Shown piece after piece: positions 30,317 through 39,943 of a DNA stretch of 64,000 bases. The translations under genes and the position numbers were made by a program. Below the pieces are notes generated by a model, which was not told where the DNA came from, did no database searches, and saw only the letters and a program-made list of their open reading frames with translations. The stretch lies in IMG/VR virus record IMGVR_UViG_3300031539_000008, positions 1 through 64,000 of that record; one strand, written 5' to 3'. Position 1 is the stretch's first letter. Every line of letters starts with the position of its first letter. The stretch is from a virus.

Positions 30317-30529
30317 ATGCACCCACAAACCGAGAAAATCCTGGGCTACTTCAAGCACGACCACCTACCCGAGCCACTGTATTCGGCAGCGGCAGCGTTC
30401 TCGGATTTGGCTTACGCCATCGCTACACAGACAAGCGGCCCGGAGACCCAGGTTTGCCTGCGCAAGCTGCTGGAGGCCAAGGACGCCGGGGTACGTGCGA
30501 TGATGGACGAGAAGGTGGCAGGAACATGA
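30317..30529 (+). CDS. Small phage helical-hairpin protein (F.H.HLP...LRKLLEAKD..VRA)
   Basis: Recognisable widespread phage family; weak resemblance to Tad1/Acb2-type hairpins. Confidence 0.65.
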   Translation: MHPQTEKILGYFKHDHLPEPLYSAAAAFSDLAYAIATQTSGPETQVCLRKLLEAKDAGVRAMMDEKVAGT

Positions 30530-30809
30530 GGAGCAGGATCCGAAACTTTCTGGAGCCTCTGCGCCTGGAGATTGTGACAGTCTTCCTCTCTGATGCGACC
30601 GTGGATATAGGACGACCATTTTGGAAGCAGAACGTCGGTCTCGGACCGGACTACGATCGCCTCGCTGACATGATCGCCGCGAAGTCAGCCCGCTATTCCG
30701 TCGCTCGGCTCGATGTCATCCTGCTCAGTGGGATACGGCGCACGATGCTACTGCTGAACCCCGAGGCCCAGGATGAGTTCGTGTGCGAAGACACTGAAGG
30801 GTAGAAGTA

Positions 30810-31121
30810 ATGATCCGCGACATCACCGAGCCTATCCTTCTGTCCCTACTGCGCAGCGATCCACTGGTCCTGGTGAAGATTGGTGCACCCTGGTGTGGCG
30901 CATGCAAGCAACTTGAGCCGCATCTATCTCGTTTCGCTAGCCAGCATCCGAATGTGGCAGTGGTCAGTCTGAACGCCGACCACGCCCAATGGACGGTCAA
31001 AAGCTACGGAATTCAGGCGCTACCCACCCTGCTTGTCTTTCGCATGGGGGAGCCCACAAACCAGGCCGTGGCTGGCGGATTTACCGCCCGCGACATCGAA
31101 GCCCTGTTTTCAGTCCGCTGA
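30810..31121 (+). CDS. trx: Thioredoxin
   Basis: APWCGACK active site; YGIQALPTLLVF. Confidence 0.9.
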   Translation: MIRDITEPILLSLLRSDPLVLVKIGAPWCGACKQLEPHLSRFASQHPNVAVVSLNADHAQWTVKSYGIQALPTLLVFRMGEPTNQAVAGGFTARDIEALFSVR

Positions 31122-31584
31122 TTTCCGTTGACGCTCTCTTACCGGCTGTGCTATGCCGGGGATGGAACGAAACGGAGGCGGAATGGACCCGCGATTCATC
31201 GAGCAATTGTACGAGGAGGTCGCCGACAGCTTGTCGGACAAGCAAGAGGCGTTCGTGGTGGGCTTTCTTTCTGCCCTCCGGTCAATCGAGAGCGGCTGTC
31301 TCGGTATCCGTGAGGAGCTGGAGCAGGCATTCGGCGTTGAGCTGGTCGAGCGCGATCCCGGGCTGATGAACATTTTGGCCCGCGACAACGAGGAGGACGA
31401 GGATGGCTGACCTGAAGAAGTGGGCCTACGTCCACCTGTGGGGCGTGATGACAGCCGACGGTGACCTCTGGGCGGTCTTTGCCGACAAGGACGACGCCGA
31501 GGCGTACGCCAACGGAGGCACGTTCGGAGAATCCGACAAGCCAGAGGTGATCGTGATCAACCACGCTGATCTGGAGGAGATCCA

Positions 31585-32331
31585 ATGATCGAACACGTCG
31601 TCACCGTCGAGAGCGCCCGTGGATGTGGGTACCGCAAGCCAGGAGCATCTGGAGTCGGAATCTACCTGATGGGGCCAGACGCCCGCGTTCACTGCGGTCG
31701 GCTCCCTTTCCCTCTCAGCGTCTGCCCGTGTTGCGGCGCTGGAATCAAGCCGGCTCGTAGTTGGGCCTGGATTGAGCCGAGTTCACTATTCGCTCCGAGC
31801 GTGGAGCCTCACTGCGACGCAACACTGCTTCAGCGTCGTTACCCGGACCTTGGCATGGCTCCGGCACGGCTGTGTGCATCGTGCCCACTTGGCGGAGGCG
31901 TACCGTCAGGAAGGCACGGCCTAATTTGGATCGGTGGCAAGTTCTACGCGACCACCACCGACTTCATGCGTGAGGCCGACGTGATGGGAGTCAGCCGAAA
32001 GATCGGCGCTCTCCCGCGCGGATTTGTCCTGGGAGAGACCTACGTGTACCTGGCGCACCGGAAGGCCGTCCCCATCTATGACGAGGAGGACCCACGCATG
32101 GAACCCGGCGTGTTCACGGTTTTTCGGCCGACGAGAATCGACTTGGTGGTGGACGACATTGAGAACGTGCCGGAGAGGGCAGATAACCTGGCTCATCAGA
32201 TTCAGAAAACAGCGGCGGACTCCGAGGCCGCAAACAGTGCCCCCAGTCTCGTACGCATCGTACAAGTGACGCGGGAGAAGCAAACTGACATCGAGGACGA
32301 GCGAGACGATGAAACTGACGAAGATTCTTGA
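31585..32331 (+). CDS. Phage hypothetical protein (RGCGYRKPG motif)
   Basis: Long ORF with Cys motifs. Confidence 0.6.
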   Translation: MIEHVVTVESARGCGYRKPGASGVGIYLMGPDARVHCGRLPFPLSVCPCCGAGIKPARSWAWIEPSSLFAPSVEPHCDATLLQRRYPDLGMAPARLCASCPLGGGVPSGRHGLIWIGGKFYATTTDFMREADVMGVSRKIGALPRGFVLGETYVYLAHRKAVPIYDEEDPRMEPGVFTVFRPTRIDLVVDDIENVPERADNLAHQIQKTAADSEAANSAPSLVRIVQVTREKQTDIEDERDDETDEDS

Positions 32332-32634
32332 GGTGTTCATCTCCGACGACAAGCAGATCGCCGTACACGTCAACCCCATGCCCATCGTCGAGAGTCGTGG
32401 CCCGGATCCGGCAGTCTGGTGCGGCATCGTGGCCTTGATCATCGAGACGATCGCCGTGGAGCACTCGGAGTGCCTGGTCAACGCAGAGACCGGGGAGAGC
32501 CCGGAGCGCGCTCACGTCCGCGCGCGCCTAATCTCGATGCTCGACGAGGCTCTGGAAAAGACCGACGGCCAGGATCCGTCAGCTTCGATTCTCCGAGGCG
32601 ACATGGAAAATGGACATGACGAGCCAGAGGAGGA

Positions 32635-33138
32635 GTGATGCAGTTCGACAGACAGATCGAGGGCATCGACAAGGCCGAGTGGGGTAACGGCCCCTGGCAC
32701 TCTGAGCCCGACCTGGCTGAATGGCGGGACGAGGCGACCGGCTTACCATGTCTCGCTCTGCGCCACCCTCGTAACGGGCACTGGTGCGGGTACATCGCGG
32801 TGGCAGCCGATCACCCATGGACCATGGAGGACTGGAGCGACTACGAGGCCGGCGTCGAGGTTCACGGCGGGATCACGTTCGGGCCGGCGCGGTGCCAACC
32901 TGAGCGTGAGGGCGACAAAATGCCCTGGCATCGCGTCTGCCACGTGCCCCGGGCGGACGAGAGCGAGGACGTGCGATGGTTTGGTTTCGACTGTGGCCAC
33001 AGCGGCTATCACGACGCCGACCTGGAGCCCGGGGGCGACCCATGCTGGCACAAGAATGCGACCTACCGAGATCTGGACTTCGTGGTGGAACAGTGCGCGC
33101 TTTTGGCCAAGCAGGCGAAGGAGGCTTCCAGTGGATGA
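32635..33138 (+). CDS. Phage hypothetical protein (WCGY...VHGGITF...GFDCGH type)
   Basis: Motifs of a widespread phage family. Confidence 0.7.
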   Translation: MMQFDRQIEGIDKAEWGNGPWHSEPDLAEWRDEATGLPCLALRHPRNGHWCGYIAVAADHPWTMEDWSDYEAGVEVHGGITFGPARCQPEREGDKMPWHRVCHVPRADESEDVRWFGFDCGHSGYHDADLEPGGDPCWHKNATYRDLDFVVEQCALLAKQAKEASSG

Positions 33139-33366
33139 GCCGTACATCGTCGACCCGGAGCGTAAGCGAGAGTGCAAAGGTGACACCGGCATCTACGTGC
33201 GCGCGCAGCAGGAGGATGGGAAGTGGGTTGCGGCGGACATCCTCCACCTCACCACCGAGAGCCTGCTGCGGTGGCTGCGTAGCCGCGGCGGTGAGAACAA
33301 GATGGCCGAGGACGTGGTCGGGATCCTGCTCGGTCACGGCCACCTGCACGAGCACGTGGAGGCGCC

Positions 33367-33897
33367 GTGAGCCGCAGCCCGAACAAGCGCTACGACTGGC
33401 GCTGGAAGCAGTGGCCGCTCTACGCGGTGTTCTGGATCGTGGGCCTGGTGATTCGGGACCGTGGCGTGGCCGACTTCTACAGGAAAGGTCCATGGTGCGC
33501 CAAGTGCGGTAGGCTCTGGACCGACCAGGGCCGTCCGGAAAAGCGTCTGTCCTGCTCAGGCTGTGGGCTCTCCGACCCCGTCGCCCAGGATGAGTTTGAG
33601 CGCGCGCAGTGCCTTCCATCGGGGAGCACGTCTAGCCTGCTCGGTCTGCCTCTCTGGGCACTCTACTTCGCCGTAGCGGCGAGGATGCTGTCTGCCATGC
33701 CCAAGCGGTCAGCATCCGACCCGTGGTGGCGTCATCTGGGACTCCAGCACCGACCGGATACCGCTGAGGAAGCTCGTGTGGCCTACCGGCTGGCCCTCTC
33801 CCAGGCACACCCAGACCACGGAGGCAGCCGCGAGCAAATGGAGAAGGTCCGCAAGGCGTGGGAGAGTGCAGAGCGCCACTACAGGAGAGTGTCCTGA
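33367..33897 (+). CDS. Membrane protein with C-terminal J-domain
   Basis: W..LGL...AYR.....HPDHGG. Confidence 0.65.
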   Translation: MSRSPNKRYDWRWKQWPLYAVFWIVGLVIRDRGVADFYRKGPWCAKCGRLWTDQGRPEKRLSCSGCGLSDPVAQDEFERAQCLPSGSTSSLLGLPLWALYFAVAARMLSAMPKRSASDPWWRHLGLQHRPDTAEEARVAYRLALSQAHPDHGGSREQMEKVRKAWESAERHYRRVS

Positions 33898-33898
33898 C

Positions 33899-34426
33899 AT
33901 GGCTGCCGACCTGACTCCCGTGCGCTACTTCCTCGATACCGAATTCGTGGAGGACGGTGAGACCATCATGCCAATCAGCCTCGCGCTCGTTCAGGAGACT
34001 GCCGTTGGGGTTCATCGGGAGCTGTACCTGGAGTACCAGTTCGACGAAGAGAAGGCTGAGGCTCACGACTTCGTGCGCGAGAACGTCCTCCCGCACCTTC
34101 GTGGCCAGGAACGCTACACGCGCGCCCAGGCGGCGGAGCGCATCCAACACTTCACTCTGCGCCCGGGAGAACAGCCTGAGTTCTGGGCCTACTTCGCTAG
34201 CTACGACTGGGTCCTGCTCTGCCAGACATTCGGAACCATGCTTGGGATGCCGCACGGCATGCCTCACCTGTGCATGGACCTGATGCAGTTCTGGATGCTG
34301 CGCGGACGACCGTGCCCGAGGCCCCCGATGCCGGAGAACGCCCACGACGCGCTGGCCGACGCCAGGTGGAACCTCGATTTTTTCCGTCAGATCCAGGCGT
34401 CCCTGCCTCCTGAACTGCGCATCTAA
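33899..34426 (+). CDS. DEDDh 3'-5' exonuclease (Rv2179c-like)
   Basis: FLDTEF, WAYFASYDWV, HDALADARWN. Confidence 0.85.
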   Translation: MAADLTPVRYFLDTEFVEDGETIMPISLALVQETAVGVHRELYLEYQFDEEKAEAHDFVRENVLPHLRGQERYTRAQAAERIQHFTLRPGEQPEFWAYFASYDWVLLCQTFGTMLGMPHGMPHLCMDLMQFWMLRGRPCPRPPMPENAHDALADARWNLDFFRQIQASLPPELRI

Positions 34427-34951
34427 TGTCCGACGAATCCAACGAGCTGGCCGTCACCGTCCACCACAACAACGAGGTGACGGTCAAAGACGAGCGCGGG
34501 TACCCGAACGTGTGCAGGGACTGCCGGCACTCAGGGTGGCTGACCGAGTACGAGCGCCAACACAGCGGAGAGCCCATCACATGCCTTCTGTACTCGGGAG
34601 GAGCGGACCCGATGGAGGGTGACCGCGTAATCTTCGACCACATCCGCAAGACTGGGTACGCGAGCGGGCGTTCCAGGCACAACGAGGCCGTGAAGCACTG
34701 GCGAGGGAGCTTCCCCGCGTGCTGGTCAAAGAACCAGGATGGCAAGTGCGCGGACTTCGTCCGGGCCAAGCCGCTGCCATGGATCGGAAACTTCTGGCGA
34801 AAACTATTCGGCCGCGAGTGGCGGACGAGGAGGATGAGACTGTGACCTTGGTAACCATCACCTTCATCATTGTTTCCCCGCTGACGGGCTTTGCAGGTGT
34901 TCTGTTGGGATACCGGATCGGATCGGGGCGTTGGCCGTGGGAGGAGAGCCC

Positions 34952-35746
34952 GTGAGCACGATGGATCTACAAGCTGCGCTGCAAAAGCGCTTCTCCCCGC
35001 CCGAGCACGCCCTGTTTTTCGAGGTCGCGCCGGGAACAGGGGCCGCTGCACGCTACGCCGATGCGGTGGCCATGAACCTGTGGCCGTCGAGGGGCCTGCG
35101 TATCTCCGGTTTCGAGCTGAAGGTCGACCGGCGAGACTGGCTGCGCGAGCTGAAGAACCCGGCCAAGGCCGAGGCTATCGCCAAGCTGTGCGACGAGTGG
35201 TGGCTGGTGACGACCGCGGGTGTCGTCCGAGACATCGACGAGATCCCCACACCCTGGGGCTGGATGGAGTTGGGCGGAAAGAAATCCAAGGCCCTGCGCA
35301 TCAAGAAGAAGCCCGAGGTTCGGCCGGGACCAGAGCTGAACGGGCAGGTTGTGCTTCCTCGTGCCTTCGCCGCGTCCATCATCCGCCGCGCGCATGAATT
35401 CTCTCAGCGCCGCACCGAGCTGAATTTGGAGCGCGATAAGGCCTACAAGGACGGCCTGAAGGAAGGTGGGTCCAAGACTGAGTGGGCCACCGAAAAGTCG
35501 GTGCTGGATTCGGAGATCCGTTTCCTCAAGGAGCAGCTCAAGTGTCACGAGGGGGCCCAGTCCGCGGCGGGGTTGGGAGAGTATCGCTCCTGGGAGCTAG
35601 CCTCGATAGCCCGAGAGGTGGCCCTGGTACGGCGCATTAGCCCTGGGCGAATCGTCACGAGCTATCAAAACGCTCTACGAATGTTGCAAGCCACAAACGA
35701 GCAGCTTGAAACCGCGCTGACCCAGTTTCAGGAAGAGACGAAATGA
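34952..35746 (+). CDS. PD-(D/E)xK nuclease-like protein (MmcB-like)
   Basis: FEV...ADA...GFELKVDRRDWLREL. Confidence 0.75.
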   Translation: MSTMDLQAALQKRFSPPEHALFFEVAPGTGAAARYADAVAMNLWPSRGLRISGFELKVDRRDWLRELKNPAKAEAIAKLCDEWWLVTTAGVVRDIDEIPTPWGWMELGGKKSKALRIKKKPEVRPGPELNGQVVLPRAFAASIIRRAHEFSQRRTELNLERDKAYKDGLKEGGSKTEWATEKSVLDSEIRFLKEQLKCHEGAQSAAGLGEYRSWELASIAREVALVRRISPGRIVTSYQNALRMLQATNEQLETALTQFQEETK

Positions 35747-36012
35747 CCGAGCAAGAGCAGAAAACGCTCTACGCCCTCGCCCTGAGTCGGTGGGGGACAG
35801 AATCCCAGTGGAGAATGCTCCAGGAGGAGTGTGCCGAGCTGATTGCGGCGATCAATCAGATGGAGCGTTGCCGGGTCCCCATCGAGGACGTGGCCGAGGA
35901 GCTGGCCGACGTGGAGATCATGCTCGGACAGGCTCGCTTGATGGTCGGTGACCTTGTAGATGTCGCCAAGCAGAAGAAGCTGAAGCGCCTGGGCGAGCGA
36001 CTCAAACAATGA
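35743..36012 (+). CDS. MazG-like nucleotide pyrophosphohydrolase
   Basis: EECAELI and EELADV motifs. Confidence 0.8.
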   Translation: MTEQEQKTLYALALSRWGTESQWRMLQEECAELIAAINQMERCRVPIEDVAEELADVEIMLGQARLMVGDLVDVAKQKKLKRLGERLKQ

Positions 36013-37422
36013 CCGGGGCAGCATGGCGCAGTGACACTGAGTTCCGCCGCGTGGCCAAGCGCCGCTGGAGGCACGACTACGCACGCGCGACCAAGGGCGG
36101 CTACGACGGAGGCGCCGCGCAACGCCTCACCTACCGATACCAGGGATGGACAGCATGCAAACCAGCGAAATCGTGAGAAGGATCCGCAGCTTTCGAGCCC
36201 GCTTCGGCGCTACTCACCGCGCCGCTCCGGCCATCCTCATCGGCGAGCAGAGCTACGGACCTCCGGGCAAGCGCTACGACACGATCCAGGATGTCTACGT
36301 CCACCGATGCACCGAGTGCGGTGACATCGACATCGAGGACTCACTGGAAGTGATGCGTGGGATTGGCCCTAACGTCATGGAGACCATCTGCGCGGTCCCT
36401 CTCGGACGCGACATGACCGCCGAGGAGATGGAGGGCCGGATGGATGACGCGCGCACCCTGGCGGAATTGTTCGACTGCTTGGACCAAGTCGAAAAAGTCC
36501 TATGCGAGCGCGGCTGAAACCGTTACAAAGACCTCGGAACGAAAGGTGCACCCGATGGGATATGAAGTCGAAGAGAACCTGGAGAAGGTTTTGTCCGAGG
36601 TTCAGCAGGAGCTGGACGAGGCCAATGAGGAGCTGGAGAGGATTCGGGTTTTCGCCTCGCAGGCCTACCCGGATTTCGCTCGCGGCAGAACCCAGAGCCT
36701 GTCGAGCTGGATCTCCAGCCTACTCAAGCACAAGGTGAGATTCACCACGGGCGACCAAATCTTTGAGGCGCTGCGTTCAGCCGAGGCGATCCGCGAGCTG
36801 GCCGAGAAGCTGGAGGTCGAGCTGACCGACAAAGCCGTGGCGGACTACCTGCGCGTGGGCGCCGATGCGACAGACTTCGACGAAGAGAAGCGACTGCTTC
36901 GGGCAGCCGCTGACGCACTGGAGGACCCGCTATGAAGTTCCCCGACGATCCGACGAGCGGCAACATCTTCGGCCCCGCCATGGAAATTACGGACCAGGCG
37001 GAGGCCGACGCATGGTTTGGAATGATCGTGGACTTCGTGATGAAGGACAGGCCGTGCGACCGTGCTACCGCGGAGTCCATCACCCTCCAGAACCTGGGGT
37101 ACTACTCCGGCTACTACGGGGTAGAGACGCAGCGGCGCGTGGAAAAGCTGTTCCGCACCTCTCATCCCATCTTCGGGACCGTTGATGGCGGCAGGAACCT
37201 TACGGCGAATCAGGCCTTACGCCTCGGCGGTGACCTCGCCGAAGGCAAGCCTTTGGAGCGGTCGTTGGCGGAGCTGGATGCTCGGCCAAAGCTGAGCGTC
37301 AGCTTTCGTGGATACGATCCCGACCGGCGCCCCGAGTTCTACGCTACCGTGCACTCCGATCTCACCAGAGAATATGTGCTCACGCTGCTGCGTGAGGGCG
37401 GATTCAACGTGGAGGAAATCAA

Positions 37423-38079
37423 GTGATCCCCGAGGTCTACCCCCTGGACTGGCCTGGCCACTGGGCTCGTACTCCTGGCTACAAGCGCAAGCCGAGCCGG
37501 TTCGGCAAGCACGGATTCGGCCAGATCCGCGACAACCTATTCGACGAGCTACGCCGACTCGGCGCTCGTAACGTCGTGCTGTCCACGGACATTCCCGTGA
37601 GGCTGGACGGCCTGCCCTACGCGAACCGTGCCGAGTCGGGTGATCCCGGCGCCGCCGTCTACTTCCAGTGGCGTGGCAAGCCGTTCGTGATCGCCGCTGA
37701 CTCCTACAGGCGTACCTGGGAGAATGTGAAGGCCATCGCCAAGACTATCGAGGCGATGCGCGCCATCGAACGACACGGAGCCAGTCAGATCCTGGAGCGC
37801 GCCGTGGCCGGATTCACGGCGCTTCCGCCTGGTTCGGGTGCCGCCCCGGAAGAAGCACCCTCGCGTCCCTGGTGGGAGGTACTCGGGATTCCCAAGCTGG
37901 AGGGCCTGGAGTGGACCGACCTGGACAGCACCAACCCGTTCGCCTCAGCGCTGCTCAAGTTGGCGGAGGCCCAGTACCGCAAGAAGGTGCCCGAGGCGCA
38001 CCCGGATCGCGGAGGCAGCAACGAGAAGATGCGGGAGCTGAGCCTGGCGGTCGAGCAGGCGCGTGAGGTATTGGGATGA
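37423..38079 (+). CDS. Phage J-domain protein
   Basis: YPLDWP N-domain; WWEVLG...YRKK....HPDRGG. Confidence 0.8.
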   Translation: MIPEVYPLDWPGHWARTPGYKRKPSRFGKHGFGQIRDNLFDELRRLGARNVVLSTDIPVRLDGLPYANRAESGDPGAAVYFQWRGKPFVIAADSYRRTWENVKAIAKTIEAMRAIERHGASQILERAVAGFTALPPGSGAAPEEAPSRPWWEVLGIPKLEGLEWTDLDSTNPFASALLKLAEAQYRKKVPEAHPDRGGSNEKMRELSLAVEQAREVLG

Positions 38080-38636
38080 GGCGCACCCAAGATCCGTTCA
38101 GCGTGATGGCAGGACTCTCAGGGTCTCTCTTTCTAGCTGCGCTCATCGCCAGCGTTCAGTCCGCGGGATTTCTGCCGTGGCTGAGCCAGTCCTCTCCATG
38201 GGCCATCATCCTCGGGGCAAGTCTCATCACGTTTTTTTACTCATTCGGAAGGGTGAAGTGATGCGCGGAGAAGACCCGGTCATCTGCGACTCCATGATCC
38301 TTCAAGCCAACGTCCCCCCGGGCCACGCTGTGCACGTGGGATCAGCCGACAACGAAATTTGGACCGACGGCGTTTCCTCTTTCTTCCCACGCCGACTCGT
38401 CTACATAGGTTCGTCTGGCATGTGGCTCTCTGCCATGGTGGACGGTTCTTACTGTGACCTAACGCGCTGGCTTCCGCTGGACTCCTACGTCCCGGGTTGC
38501 CCCCAGGATGTCAACTGGACGGCATTTAGCCCAGAGCGCCCGCTGATGTTCTCCGTGCAAAACCGGACCGACAAACCTGGACATTTTTTGGTGAGACTGG
38601 CTGGCGAGATTCATCGCCGGCCCTGGACGATGCCGT

Positions 38637-38798
38637 ATGAACGACAAGGATGACGACAAGTGCACCTCCGGCTTCCACTGTGGGAACCAGGCCACCGAGC
38701 CTCACCCGTGCCCATACCGTGAGGAGATCAACGATGACAGCGAAACGCTGTGCACCTGCTGCCAAGAATGCGCGCAAGAGTGCGCCAACGACATCTAG
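38637..38798 (+). CDS. Cys-rich metal-binding peptide (paralog of 29212-29388)
   Basis: HPCPYREEINDDSETLCTCCQEC; below ORF-track cutoff. Confidence 0.6.
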   Translation: MNDKDDDKCTSGFHCGNQATEPHPCPYREEINDDSETLCTCCQECAQECANDI

Positions 38799-39376
38799 GA
38801 GCCAGTGATGGAAGAGTGGTTCCAGAAGATGCAGGACTGGCACGAGAGCCTGTGCAAGAGCCCGAGGGTTCACCGAATCAACGGCAAGGACACGACCCTG
38901 CTCTGCATGCGCGAGAAGGGGCACGACGGAGACTGCATGGAAGCGCTCGCGGAGCCGGAGGATACCGATGACTGACGCCTACCGGACCCAATCTCCGCAG
39001 CACCAAGAAGCGTGGGACTGGGACGTAATCGTGTACCCAGACGGCTCCATCCGCGTGCTGTGCATCGCGAGCGAGTGCGTGCACAAGTGCAGCTACTCGT
39101 GTGACTGCGCGTCCAAGCCTCGGATTTCGTCACCCATCGTGGACGAGTACGAGAGACCATTGGTCGAGACGCCCTACGCCAACGTGTCGACTGGCGATGC
39201 GCGCCATCTGCTGACGACGAGATCCGGCTCGCTGATCTCGGTAATGTCTGGCAAGACCTACCGCCTGCATGGACCCCGGGTCGTTCACCAAGACTTCGCG
39301 AGCACGTCGATCTGGGCGATTTACAGAGATCCGGAGCCACACCCTACGTGGATCCAACGCGTCACGGGGTGGCTGC

Positions 39377-39685
39377 ATGCGTGAGCTGCCCATCGGAGCG
39401 ACCGGGGGCGCCTGCTACCCCGCCGAGCGCTTTCAGATCCGAGAAGGCTGGCAACTGGAGGTGACTCCGCTCACCCTCGGCCGCGCGCGCATCATCCACA
39501 CGGACGGCGTGTCCGTGGACGACTTCTGGTGAATGCCATCCATGGAGGCCGCGGTCGTGGCCTTGGCGGAGTTCATGCTGAACGCTACGATGCTGGAACC
39601 CGAGGGCTGGAACCGATCCAGCTACGGCGCGTGGACACGCAGGCGCCCGAACCTGCTGCGTGAAGAGGAGTACGTCGCACCATGA
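39377..39685 (+). CDS. Candidate selenoprotein / UGA-readthrough gene (in-frame TGA 39530-39532)
   Basis: DDFW-UGA-MPS...EPEGW.R...RRRP reads as one protein; SECIS-like hairpin follows the UGA. Confidence 0.6.
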
Positions 39686-39915
39686 AACAATTTCTCAGTA
39701 GTGGATTCTCTGGAGCCATGGCCGGTTTTGCCGTCGTCATCTTCGCCGCATTCATCATGTTTCCAAGTGAGGCTCCAAGACGCCCAGATCCAGAGCGCGC
39801 TCGCTTCATGCTGGAGTGCGTCTCCGACCACCAGTACGCTCCGTCGACCTGTGCGGCGATCTGGGAGGGAGAGGACCCCCCTCAGATGGCGAACGGCGTC
39901 AAGCCTGGCTGCTGA
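39682..39915 (+). CDS. Small membrane protein
   Basis: N-terminal TM; ATGA overlap with the readthrough stop at 39685. Confidence 0.55.
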   Translation: MKQFLSSGFSGAMAGFAVVIFAAFIMFPSEAPRRPDPERARFMLECVSDHQYAPSTCAAIWEGEDPPQMANGVKPGC

Positions 39916-39943
39916 GCTGTCACTGCGTCGGATCTGCCGCGAG

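Larger units (their letters stand above)
27953..39915 (+). other. Long plus-strand array of over 30 small early-type genes
   Basis: Continuous coupled ORFs, many Zn-ribbon or coiled-coil. Confidence 0.7.
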
